Positions 36,169 to 45,140 of a DNA stretch of 64,000 bases are shown here, piece after piece. The notes below the pieces were generated by a model, which saw only the letters and a program-made list of their open reading frames with translations, was not told the origin of the DNA and searched no databases. A program made the position numbers and the translations under genes. This DNA is from Minisyncoccota bacterium (GTDB lineage: Bacteria; Patescibacteriota; Minisyncoccia; UBA6257; 2-01-FULL-56-20), in NCBI GenBank assembly GCA_041664245.1, contig JBAYLC010000002.1, positions 11,593-75,592 of the forward strand, given 5' to 3'. Each line of letters opens with the position of its first letter. Position 1 is the first letter of the stretch.

Positions 36169-38187
36169 ATGAAAAACAAATTAATTATTTTAATGATAGT
36201 CGGCGTTTTTGTTGCTGGCGGCGTAATGCTTATGCCGGGCAGGAGTTCCGCCGATACGGATCAGTCAGTATTCGATAAATTGCAAAATCAGATTCAGGTT
36301 TTGCTTAAACAGGTTCAGGATTTACAGCGACAGTTAGAATCAATCCGAAACGGAATTACGCCAGTTCAGCCGACAATTACGCAGCCAGTGTCCCCGGCGA
36401 CACCGATATCGATAGTGTGTCCGGGATTGCCGAAAATAATTAAGTTTGGTAATACCGGCAATGAGGTAAAAAACATTCAGAAATTTTTAGCGAAGGACAA
36501 GGAAATTTATCCCCAGGGTTTAGCCACGGGGTATTTTGGTCCAATGACAGAGAAAGCCTTGGAGAAATTTCAGAAAAAATATAATCTGGAAGAAACTGGA
36601 GAATTAGATGACAATACGAAAGATGTCCTAGAGAAAGTTATTGGGCCCACAATTGGATCGACGGCTACTGGTGGGGGTAGTGGAGGGGGTTATAATTGCA
36701 TTATCCCTCCAACTCCAGATCCAAGACCGAATCCAGTGCCGCCTGTTGTGCAGGGGATTAGTGTGATTTCTCCAATAAACGGAGAGCAGTGGGAAGTTGG
36801 AAAGACTTACAAAATAGCTTGGCGGAGTTTGATTGCGACGACGGCGGGTTCGCCAGGTTTGGTGTTTGACGATATGAGTAAGGTTTCGATCAAACTAGAG
36901 AGATATTTTGCTTGTTTGTATGCTAACCCCGCTTGCGGTTTGGCTCAACCGGCGCCTTACGTAATCGTTGGCGAAACTTCTAATAACGGAGTTTACGAAT
37001 GGAAGATTCCTAGCGATCTTGTAAGTAGTGGCCTTTACGAAAAAGCGAGAATTATTGTTTCGATTGTTGGACAGGAGGGTATTATTTATGGAAAGAGCGG
37101 GTTGTTTTCTCTAACGCCTCAGATTAGTCCACCTGATCCGAGTCCGAACGGAATAAAAGTTATCTCTCCGGTGGAGGGTAGTAATTGGCAGGCTGGGAAG
37201 ACTTATAATATTAATTGGTTTACCGCTATCCCTATGGCAGGGTATCCGACGTCGACTTCTTTCGACAATGTTTCAATCAGGTTTGAAAAAAAATATTCCT
37301 GCGATTCACATCCTGGTGAAAGTTGTATTGCACTCGATTCAATATCGTACGTGATTATTGCTTCGACGCCGAATGATGGCAGTTTTAGCTGGACAATTCC
37401 TGCGGAGTTTTCCGGATCATCAGGGAGAATAGTTGTTTCGGTTGTTGGGTATGAATCTATTAATGGGAGGAGTGGGGTGTTTAAGATAGTCTCCAATGAT
37501 TTTGGATCAAATAAGCCGCCGGTTATTTCGGGAGTGAGCGGACCAAGTTCACTTAAAATTGGCGAGACCGGAAATTGGACGGTGAAAGCTTATGATCCGG
37601 AAAATGATTATATGTTCTACGATGTTCGATGGGGAGACGAACCGCAGCCGCCGATGGGTACGCCGACACCGGTGCAAATGCTGATTCCAACGAAAGGCCA
37701 AACTACTACTTTTACTCATGCTTATCAAACTGCGGGAAATTATACAGTGAAGTTTACGGTGTCGGATGACAAGGGACTTACGGCAAAGACGAGTATGAGT
37801 GTAATGGTTGGTAGTGGAACATCAACTAATTCGCCGCCAGTGATTAGTATGAATGCGCTACCGGGACAGGTTAACGTGGGAGCGCCGGTTAGTTCATTGT
37901 GGACGGCTACTGATATTGATGGCGACTCATTTTTCTGGACGATATATTGGGGTGATGGAGATGCTTCTACTTGCCCGCCGGGCACGGTTTCGGCGCAGTC
38001 TTATCTGGGCTACCAATATCCGCTTATGTTTGGAAATTGCAGCAATTTCTCAGTTTCCCATACCTGGTCGAATATCGGTACTTATACGGTGGTTGGAACT
38101 GTTTATGATGGAAGGGGCGGAACGGATGCGCGTAAATTTCAGATAACTGTTGTTAACACAACTACTAGTACGGCAAGTTCGACCTAG
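36169..38187 (+). CDS. secreted protein: N-terminal coiled coil, peptidoglycan-binding (PG_binding_1-like) domain, two PKD domains, Ser/Thr-rich tail
   Basis: GNTGNEVKNIQKFLAKD...TGYFGPMTEKALEKFQKKY; DVRWGDE and TIYWGDGD. Confidence 0.7.
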   Translation: MKNKLIILMIVGVFVAGGVMLMPGRSSADTDQSVFDKLQNQIQVLLKQVQDLQRQLESIRNGITPVQPTITQPVSPATPISIVCPGLPKIIKFGNTGNEVKNIQKFLAKDKEIYPQGLATGYFGPMTEKALEKFQKKYNLEETGELDDNTKDVLEKVIGPTIGSTATGGGSGGGYNCIIPPTPDPRPNPVPPVVQGISVISPINGEQWEVGKTYKIAWRSLIATTAGSPGLVFDDMSKVSIKLERYFACLYANPACGLAQPAPYVIVGETSNNGVYEWKIPSDLVSSGLYEKARIIVSIVGQEGIIYGKSGLFSLTPQISPPDPSPNGIKVISPVEGSNWQAGKTYNINWFTAIPMAGYPTSTSFDNVSIRFEKKYSCDSHPGESCIALDSISYVIIASTPNDGSFSWTIPAEFSGSSGRIVVSVVGYESINGRSGVFKIVSNDFGSNKPPVISGVSGPSSLKIGETGNWTVKAYDPENDYMFYDVRWGDEPQPPMGTPTPVQMLIPTKGQTTTFTHAYQTAGNYTVKFTVSDDKGLTAKTSMSVMVGSGTSTNSPPVISMNALPGQVNVGAPVSSLWTATDIDGDSFFWTIYWGDGDASTCPPGTVSAQSYLGYQYPLMFGNCSNFSVSHTWSNIGTYTVVGTVYDGRGGTDARKFQITVVNTTTSTASST

Positions 38188-38238
38188 GTTTTAGTTTCGA
38201 TTAGAAATTCAAAGAGCTCCGCTAAAGCGGGGCTCTTG

Positions 38239-38247
38239 TGTTATAAT
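38239..38247 (+). promoter_or_regulatory. extended -10 TGtTATAAT, 6 nt before the rpiB ATG (leaderless-type)
   Basis: cttgtgttataattggagtATG. Confidence 0.5.
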
Positions 38248-38253
38248 TGGAGT

Positions 38254-38715
38254 ATGGTGATTTACTTAGGCGCTGATCATCGAGGTTTTGAATTGAAAGA
38301 ATCTCTAAAACAATTCCTGATGGATGGGGGGTATGAAGTTATCGATTTAGGGAACGACCATTATGACGAGGCGGATGATTATCCGGATTTTGCCAGTTTG
38401 GTCGGAGAAAAAGTTTCGGCTGATTCCGAGCAAGGACGAGGAATTTTGATTTGCGGTTCGGGAGCGGGAGTGACTTTTTCGGTTAATAAATTTCCAAGAG
38501 TAAGGGCGGCTTTGGCGATTTCTTCCGACCAGATTTATGATGCAAGGAAACATGATGATATTAATGTTTTAACTTTGGCAGCTAATTTTGTTGATGGAGA
38601 AGAGGCCGGAAAAATAGTGAAGGTTTTTTTAGAAACTGGTTTCACTGGAGAGGAAAGACACCGGCGGCGAATTAATAAAGTTATTGACTTAGAGGAGCGA
38701 CTTCGTGGCGTGTAG
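38254..38715 (+). CDS. rpiB: ribose-5-phosphate isomerase B
   Basis: MVIYLGADHRGFELKE...GILICGSGAG. Confidence 0.85.
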   Translation: MVIYLGADHRGFELKESLKQFLMDGGYEVIDLGNDHYDEADDYPDFASLVGEKVSADSEQGRGILICGSGAGVTFSVNKFPRVRAALAISSDQIYDARKHDDINVLTLAANFVDGEEAGKIVKVFLETGFTGEERHRRRINKVIDLEERLRGV

Positions 38716-38802
38716 ATGTTTGTTGTTTTGTTTGTTGTAATTGTTTGAAATTATTATCGAAACAATTGATATACGGCGGAAAATAAATCTAGAAATTTTG
38801 AA

Positions 38803-39468
38803 ATGACCATTATCCCTTCTATAAATTGCCAAGACTTTGAATGTGTTTGCGCGAAGTTTGATAAGGCTAAGGGTTTTCTTCATCCCCAAACGGACTGGGT
38901 GCACATTGATGTGGCGGACGCGGCTTTTACTTACGGCCGGAGCTGGAACAATCCAAGCGAGCTAAAGAAACTACAAGTAGTGGAGGGGCGTTATCCTTTT
39001 AATATTGAGGTGCATCTAATGGTGGAGAATTTGGAAAAAGTTTTTGAAGATTGGCTTAAAGTTGGCGTTAGGAGAATTGTTTTTCATTTTGAGTCACTAA
39101 AAGATGAGGAGAGGGTGGCGAAATTAATTTTAGAAACCTGTAAAAATTATGGAGCGGAGGCGATGATAGCGATTAATCCGGTAACGCCGGTTGAAAAACT
39201 GGTACCGTTTCTAGATTATTTTAATGAATTTCAGATTTTAGCGGTTGTTCCCGGTCCGGCGGGCCAGCCGATGCTTACTATAAATTTAGAAAAGGTTAAA
39301 TTTTTGCGGCAGCGAATGCCAAGTGCTATAATTGAGGTAGACGGAGGAATTAATTTGGCAACAGCGCGATTAGCGAAAGAGGCAGGAGCGAATATTTTGA
39401 TAGCGGGGAGCTACACTTTTGGGAGCGATAACCCAAAGCGTTCTTTCGATGAATTAGCCAGTGTTTAA
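38803..39468 (+). CDS. rpe: ribulose-phosphate 3-epimerase
   Basis: IIPSINC...HIDVADA...EVHLMV...DGGIN TIM-barrel pattern. Confidence 0.8.
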   Translation: MTIIPSINCQDFECVCAKFDKAKGFLHPQTDWVHIDVADAAFTYGRSWNNPSELKKLQVVEGRYPFNIEVHLMVENLEKVFEDWLKVGVRRIVFHFESLKDEERVAKLILETCKNYGAEAMIAINPVTPVEKLVPFLDYFNEFQILAVVPGPAGQPMLTINLEKVKFLRQRMPSAIIEVDGGINLATARLAKEAGANILIAGSYTFGSDNPKRSFDELASV

Positions 39469-39489
39469 TTTGGCGTGTAAAAATTTTTT

Positions 39490-40344
39490 ATGCAAGGCTT
39501 GACTGAAAAAAAAGAGAAATTTTTGGAAGAGATGGCGAATCGAATTCGCCAAGACATTATTAAGATGTTGACGGCGGCCGGGTCGGGGCATTCAGCCGGA
39601 CCGTTGGGAATGGCGGATATTTTCACCGCTTTTTATTTTCATATTTTAGAACATAATCCCCAAAAACCAGATTGGCCGGATCGGGATAGATTGGTTTTAT
39701 CAAACGGCCATATTTGTCCGGTTTTGTATGCGGCGCTTGGCCGGGCCGGATATTTTCCGATGGAGGAAAGTAAAACACTACGACAGCTTAATTCTCGTCT
39801 TCAGGGCCATCCTCATCGGAAAGCGTTACCGGGACTAGAGACAACTTCTGGTCCGCTTGGTTCAGGGCTTTCACAGGCAATCGGGATTGCATTGGCCGGA
39901 CGATTGGATCATAAAAAATATCATACTTATTGTTTAGCATCAGACGGCGAGCATCAAGAGGGAAATTTTTGGGAGGCGGTGATGTTCGCGGGGAAAAATC
40001 GTTTAAGCAATGTGACGGTGGTGGTGGATAGAAATAATATTCAGATTGATGGCCACACCGAAGATATTATGCCGCTTGAGCCGTTTAAGGAGAAGTATGA
40101 AGCGTTTAATTGGCATGTGATTGAAATTGACGGGCATGATTTTCACTCGATTGTTTCGGCGGTGGCGGAGGCAAAAGCGATTTTTGAGAAGCCGACAGTG
40201 ATTATTGCTCACACGATTTCAGGGAGAGGAGTGAGTTTTATGGAGGGAGATTACCGGTGGCACGGAAAACCGCCGACACTTCAAGAATCGAAGTTGGCTC
40301 TTGAGGAATTAAAAGCTGAAGGGACAAAACTAAAATTTGAATAA
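39490..40344 (+). CDS. transketolase, N-terminal (TPP-binding) subunit
   Basis: GHSAGPLGMADI...GDGE.QEG.WEA. Confidence 0.85.
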   Translation: MQGLTEKKEKFLEEMANRIRQDIIKMLTAAGSGHSAGPLGMADIFTAFYFHILEHNPQKPDWPDRDRLVLSNGHICPVLYAALGRAGYFPMEESKTLRQLNSRLQGHPHRKALPGLETTSGPLGSGLSQAIGIALAGRLDHKKYHTYCLASDGEHQEGNFWEAVMFAGKNRLSNVTVVVDRNNIQIDGHTEDIMPLEPFKEKYEAFNWHVIEIDGHDFHSIVSAVAEAKAIFEKPTVIIAHTISGRGVSFMEGDYRWHGKPPTLQESKLALEELKAEGTKLKFE

Positions 40345-40345
40345 A

Positions 40346-41344
40346 ATGATTGATAAATCAGCGAATTTAAATCAAAAAATTTTTAGTAATGATATAGAAA
40401 AAAAAGCTACCCGAGAGGGATTTGGCGAGGGTTTAGTTATAGCCGGAGAACATGACAAAAATGTAGTGGCGCTTTGCGCTGATTTAACGGAGTCAACAAA
40501 AGTTGATGGCTTTGCAAAAAAATTTCCGGAAAGATTTTTCCAAATCGGAGTGGCAGAGCAGAATTTAGCAACGATTGCAGCGGGGCTGGGAGTGAGCGGT
40601 AAAATTCCATTTATTGCTTCTTATGCCACTTTTTCGCCGGGAAGGAATTGGGAGCAGATCAGGACAACTATTTCTTATAACGACTCGAATGTGAAAATTG
40701 TTGGCGCTCACGCGGGGATTTCAGTGGGGGCAGACGGAGCGACTCATCAGGCAATTGAGGATATCGCGACAATGAGGGTGATGGCGAATATGAAAGTTTT
40801 TGTGCCGGCTGATGCGATTGAGGCGAAGAAGGCGACTTTGGCGGCGGCAAAGATTTGGGGACCGGTTTATATCCGGCTTGGTCGCGAAAAAAGCCCAGTT
40901 TTTACCACCGAAGAGACCCCATTTATTCCGGGAAAAGCCGAAATTTTGTGGGTATCAGACGGAAGAGCTAAAGCGCAGGTTTTAATAATCGGATGTGGAG
41001 CTTTGCTTTATAACGCGCTTTTAGCGGCACAGGATTTAGAAAAAGAAAAAATTGGCGTGGTGGTTTTGAATTGCCATACAATTAAACCAATTGACGATAA
41101 AAAAATTGTTGAGCTGGCTAAAAAAATCGGGGCGGTAGTGACGGTGGAAGAACATCAAGTAACGGGCGGATTAGGCGGGGCGGTGGCGGAGGTTTTGGCA
41201 AAGCATTGTCCAACGCCGATGGAATTTGTCGGGATGCAGAATACTTTTGGGGAATCTGGTCCGCCAACGGAGTTAATCGAAAAATATGGGATGGGAGTGA
41301 AAGATATAAAGGCGGCGGTGAAGCGGGTGATAAAGAGGAAATAA
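40346..41344 (+). CDS. transketolase, C-terminal (pyrimidine-binding) subunit
   Basis: IGVAEQN...GATHQAIEDIA; overlaps the N-subunit stop. Confidence 0.85.
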   Translation: MIDKSANLNQKIFSNDIEKKATREGFGEGLVIAGEHDKNVVALCADLTESTKVDGFAKKFPERFFQIGVAEQNLATIAAGLGVSGKIPFIASYATFSPGRNWEQIRTTISYNDSNVKIVGAHAGISVGADGATHQAIEDIATMRVMANMKVFVPADAIEAKKATLAAAKIWGPVYIRLGREKSPVFTTEETPFIPGKAEILWVSDGRAKAQVLIIGCGALLYNALLAAQDLEKEKIGVVVLNCHTIKPIDDKKIVELAKKIGAVVTVEEHQVTGGLGGAVAEVLAKHCPTPMEFVGMQNTFGESGPPTELIEKYGMGVKDIKAAVKRVIKRK

Positions 41345-41410
41345 AAGGATTAGAAATGATTCATGAATAAGGAATTATGAAAATTTAGGAAAATTTATCA
41401 ACAGTTGGTT

Positions 41411-41441
41411 TTGCGGGGGGGGGGATTAAAGGATGGTATAA
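41411..41441 (+). promoter_or_regulatory. promoter with a G9 homopolymer (41415-41423) between a TTGCGG -35-like element and the extended -10 TGgTATAAT
   Basis: ttgcgggggggggattaaaggatggtataat. Confidence 0.5.
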
Positions 41442-41479
41442 TTTAGGAATTAAAAAAGGTCATAAAAAATTTAGAAAAA

Positions 41480-43282
41480 ATGAATAAGAAACTATTATTT
41501 TGGGGTTTGTTTTTGGTCGGGTTTTTCGTGGTCGGTTTAGTTTCGGTCCACGCGCAGTTTGCGCCGGGGGATCGGGTGAAAACAATTACGAATGTAAATG
41601 TTCGGTATATGCCAAGCCCATCAGGTACTGTGTTGGGTGTGCAGCCGATGGGTTCCCAGGGGATTGTTTTGGGTGGCCCTACAAGTACTTATTTTTACGT
41701 TAATTTTGATATTAATCCTGATGGATATGTTTCCGGAGCGTATTTGTCGAAAGTTAGTACTAGCACGGTTTGCGGGGATGCGGATGGTGACGGAAGTGTC
41801 AATATTTCAGACGCAACTTATTTAATTGCTTACATCTTTTCAGGTGGACCAGCGCCCAGCCCAATTTTGGCGGGTGATGTTAATAGTAGCGGGAATGTTG
41901 ATATTTCAGACGCGACTTATCTAATCGCTTATATTTTTTCAGGTGGACCAGCGCCGGTTTGCAATAATAACCGTCCAGTTTTAACTGTTAGTATTGACTC
42001 CTCAACGCCACCGGCTGATCAGATAACTATGGGTTCGACTAATAACCCATTGGCGGTTTATCGGTTAGGTGCTACCGGGGATGATATAAAAGTTTTAGGA
42101 CTAAATGTTTTCCAGAATGTTGCAAATACCTCGACAGTCAAGTCGGCTTTTAGTAGTATGAATATTTATTCTGGAAATGCTTATTTGGGTACGGCTGGTT
42201 CGGCTTTGATTTCTAGTTCAAAATATTATCCTGGTCCCGGTTATTATAGAAAATTTAACTTTACTAATCCGTTAATAATTCCAAAAGATGGTTTTTCTAC
42301 TATAACCATAAGAGGTGATGTGGCTTCCTATTCTTCATCAGGTGCTACTGATGGCAGTTGGCATGTTTTTAGAATAGCGACTTCGTCGGATTCGGATAAT
42401 TATTCGCCCTCACAAACTGTGACGGCTTTGGGAAATACGTCTAATTCAACAGCAACGGTAAATTTGTATTCCGGGGGAAGTAATTATTACATGACTGTCT
42501 TGCGGACGAAATTAGCGATATCATCTACTCCTTTGGGTCCTAGCTACGGAAGAGCAAAGGCAACAACTGATGAACTGGCGCAAATTATTTTTACGGCTGA
42601 TCCAGCCGGGGCTTTAGCTCTTAACCGTATTCGGATTAGTTTTTCGGGAACTGCTACAGCTACCAGCACGTTTTTAGCCGGAGTTACTCTCTATGATACT
42701 GATACCGGCACTAGTTATAACGGAACATATACCCCAACTTCAACTTGTAGTGGCGCTTATTATGATTGTACAAAGGAGTTTGATTTTGGTTCGGGCACTT
42801 CTGGTTATGTTATTAGTGCTGGTGCTTCAAAGTCATTTACTCTAAGAATCAATTCTTTGAATAATACTGCTCCGGCGGTAAATGGCATAGCGCAAACTTT
42901 AGTTGCTAAGGTCAGTTATTCTGGAGATGTTTTGTTCACTGATGGCGCGACTCCGGGCGCGATTTCGTACTTAACTTTGCCTTCTTACTATTTCCCAATT
43001 GCGATAAATTCTGTATCTTATGCAGTAGGAACATTTTTGACTCCAAAGAATCCAACCCCGAGTTTAAATGTTGCACCTACACCAATTTCTCCTTTACTGA
43101 ATTCAGTTGTTCCGATAACTCCAATCAGTCCGTTTCCAATTATTCCGACGGCTCCGAAGACAATGAAAGGAGTTCCTTCGGTTTTGGGAGCTTCAACTTA
43201 TGACACTTTGCAGTCTATGAGATACCAACTTGATGAAATGGCGAAGCAACTTTTGGATATTTTGGGACAGATAAATAGATAA
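41480..43282 (+). CDS. secreted protein: N-terminal SH3b module, two dockerin-like Ca-binding repeats, Ser/Thr-rich region
   Basis: signal peptide; GDADGDGSVNISDATYLIAYIFSG and GDVNSSGNVDISDATYLIAYIFSG. Confidence 0.7.
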   Translation: MNKKLLFWGLFLVGFFVVGLVSVHAQFAPGDRVKTITNVNVRYMPSPSGTVLGVQPMGSQGIVLGGPTSTYFYVNFDINPDGYVSGAYLSKVSTSTVCGDADGDGSVNISDATYLIAYIFSGGPAPSPILAGDVNSSGNVDISDATYLIAYIFSGGPAPVCNNNRPVLTVSIDSSTPPADQITMGSTNNPLAVYRLGATGDDIKVLGLNVFQNVANTSTVKSAFSSMNIYSGNAYLGTAGSALISSSKYYPGPGYYRKFNFTNPLIIPKDGFSTITIRGDVASYSSSGATDGSWHVFRIATSSDSDNYSPSQTVTALGNTSNSTATVNLYSGGSNYYMTVLRTKLAISSTPLGPSYGRAKATTDELAQIIFTADPAGALALNRIRISFSGTATATSTFLAGVTLYDTDTGTSYNGTYTPTSTCSGAYYDCTKEFDFGSGTSGYVISAGASKSFTLRINSLNNTAPAVNGIAQTLVAKVSYSGDVLFTDGATPGAISYLTLPSYYFPIAINSVSYAVGTFLTPKNPTPSLNVAPTPISPLLNSVVPITPISPFPIIPTAPKTMKGVPSVLGASTYDTLQSMRYQLDEMAKQLLDILGQINR

Positions 43283-43310
43283 AGGGAAGTAGGATATTTA
43301 TAATCATCTC

Positions 43311-43347
43311 AAGGGGGTTCGCTTATCGCGGACCCCCCTTGTTTTTT
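43311..43347 (+). terminator. intrinsic terminator
   Basis: aaggggg...ccccctt plus TTTTTT. Confidence 0.7.
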
Positions 43348-43451
43348 GGGGGATTTTTGGTATGATATCTGAAAGTTTATCCTTTGCTGAAAGGTCGGGT
43401 TTGTTTATCAAATCTTATAGTCGATAAAAAAACAAAACAAAAATTAAAAAA

Positions 43452-45047
43452 ATGATAAAAAAATTAGTTCCATTTTTTATAGTATTAACGGTTTTGGTGG
43501 TTACTCCGAGCTTAAGCAAGGCGGTGGCTGTTGATCCTCAAATTCAGGGTTTGCAAGCTATTGTTAAAACGCTTACAACGCAAGTTACGGAGTTGCAACA
43601 AAAACTCCAAGAGACTCTGAACGTAAATCAGTTGAATTCTAACCAATTGCCGCGGCCAAGTTTTGCCTGTGGCGACGTTAATCAAAATGGCGTTGTGGAT
43701 TTCAAGGACGCAATAGCAGTTGCTGATTACTATTTTCACGGTAACAGCATAATTAATCTTAATTTGGCTGATGCGGATGGAAACGGCAAAGTAGATATAT
43801 ATGATTTGGTGTATTTGGTGAACTATAGTAGATCAAATGGACCGATGCCAAAATGTTCCGGTGTTGCTCAAGTTCAACCGCCTACACTCTATCAATTGTC
43901 GCAGCCTAGCTTTGTTCAACAGCTACCACAGCCTTATGCTCCGGTAGTTATTCCTAATGATAACCTCCCTGTTTGTGGCGATGTGAATCATGATGGTAAG
44001 GTTAACAAAACTGATTCCGAAGGAATTGTTAATTATATTTTCCCTGGTTCATTTCCAAATACCGGAAGTTTTGATTTAGCTTTAGCTAATACCAATAGCG
44101 ATGATAGTGTTGATATCTCTGATTCTGTTTTTCTTAACGAAGGCGGTGTGCCGCCGGTGAAATGCGCAGCTACTAAACCGATTGTGTGGTTTGTTACTCC
44201 GTCTGTCATCGGCAACGCACCTCTTTCTGGAGGAGTGTTTTTGGAGGTGAAAACTAATAGAGTGGTAGCAGGAGTGCAATACAAGATTGATGGAGTAAAT
44301 GCGGCTCCTGAGGACGTTACGGCTCCCTATGGGCTTCCATTAGATACAAAGACTTTGAGTAACGGCCAGCATACTCTTTTGGCGGTGGCGAGAGACTCTT
44401 CCGGAAATACCGGTGAGACTTCAATGAGTGTAAGTATTAACAATGGGGGTGTAACGCCTGCTCCATCTTATGCTTGCGGCGACGTGGACCATGATGGCTG
44501 GGTTGATATGGTTGATTCCAATGCAATCATGAATTATATTTTCCCTGGTTCATTTCCCTATACTGGGACTTTTGATGTAGCTTTAGCTAATATTAACGGC
44601 AAGGAAAGCGTGGATATTTCCGATGTTACCTATTTTGGTGAATGGTTAAGAAACCATAAATTTGCACCAAATTGTTCGAACGGTCCACTTCCGGCTCAAA
44701 GAATACCGCAGCCGCCTTACACCTGCGGCGATGTGAATCATGACGGTTGGGTTGGTATTACTGATACCGAGGCAATCATGAATTATATTTTTCCTGGTTC
44801 ATATACTAATAGCGGAAGCTTTGATTTGGCCTTAGCCAATACCAACGGCGATAGTAGTGTCGATGTTTCTGACGCTGTCTATCTTAGTGAGTGGTTAAAT
44901 AAGCATAAATCAGCGCCAATTTGCGGTGGCGTGAATTCGCCGACATCGGCACCAAAAGATTACAGAGTTCTTTCATCTTCGGTATATGATTCGATGAAAT
45001 CTCAGCTTGATTTAATTTCTCAACAGTTGCAATCGCTTTTCCGATAA
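43452..45047 (+). CDS. secreted protein with about 6 dockerin-like repeats and one Ig-like (Big) domain; N-terminal coiled coil
   Basis: repeated CGDVN(H/Q)(D/N)G...D...I.NYIF; Big domain similar to that in the 30748 protein. Confidence 0.7.
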   Translation: MIKKLVPFFIVLTVLVVTPSLSKAVAVDPQIQGLQAIVKTLTTQVTELQQKLQETLNVNQLNSNQLPRPSFACGDVNQNGVVDFKDAIAVADYYFHGNSIINLNLADADGNGKVDIYDLVYLVNYSRSNGPMPKCSGVAQVQPPTLYQLSQPSFVQQLPQPYAPVVIPNDNLPVCGDVNHDGKVNKTDSEGIVNYIFPGSFPNTGSFDLALANTNSDDSVDISDSVFLNEGGVPPVKCAATKPIVWFVTPSVIGNAPLSGGVFLEVKTNRVVAGVQYKIDGVNAAPEDVTAPYGLPLDTKTLSNGQHTLLAVARDSSGNTGETSMSVSINNGGVTPAPSYACGDVDHDGWVDMVDSNAIMNYIFPGSFPYTGTFDVALANINGKESVDISDVTYFGEWLRNHKFAPNCSNGPLPAQRIPQPPYTCGDVNHDGWVGITDTEAIMNYIFPGSYTNSGSFDLALANTNGDSSVDVSDAVYLSEWLNKHKSAPICGGVNSPTSAPKDYRVLSSSVYDSMKSQLDLISQQLQSLFR

Positions 45048-45074
45048 AATTAGATTGGATTGTTTCGAAAAAAA

Positions 45075-45105
45075 AGGAGCGACTTTGGTCGCTCCTTTTC
45101 GATTT
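45075..45105 (+). terminator. intrinsic terminator
   Basis: ggagcgac-tttg-gtcgctcc plus TTTT; lies inside the ORF-track N-extension of the next gene, so that extension is rejected. Confidence 0.75.
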
Positions 45106-45140
45106 TGGGGTTTTTGCGGTTCACTGCTATAATTTTCTCT

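Noticed and set aside
45060-45140. N-terminal 27-aa extension of the PfkB kinase given in the ORF track
   Set aside because: The extension overlaps the upstream gene's terminator hairpin (45075-45105) and the kinase's own -10 element; the ATG at 45141 is the plausible leaderless start
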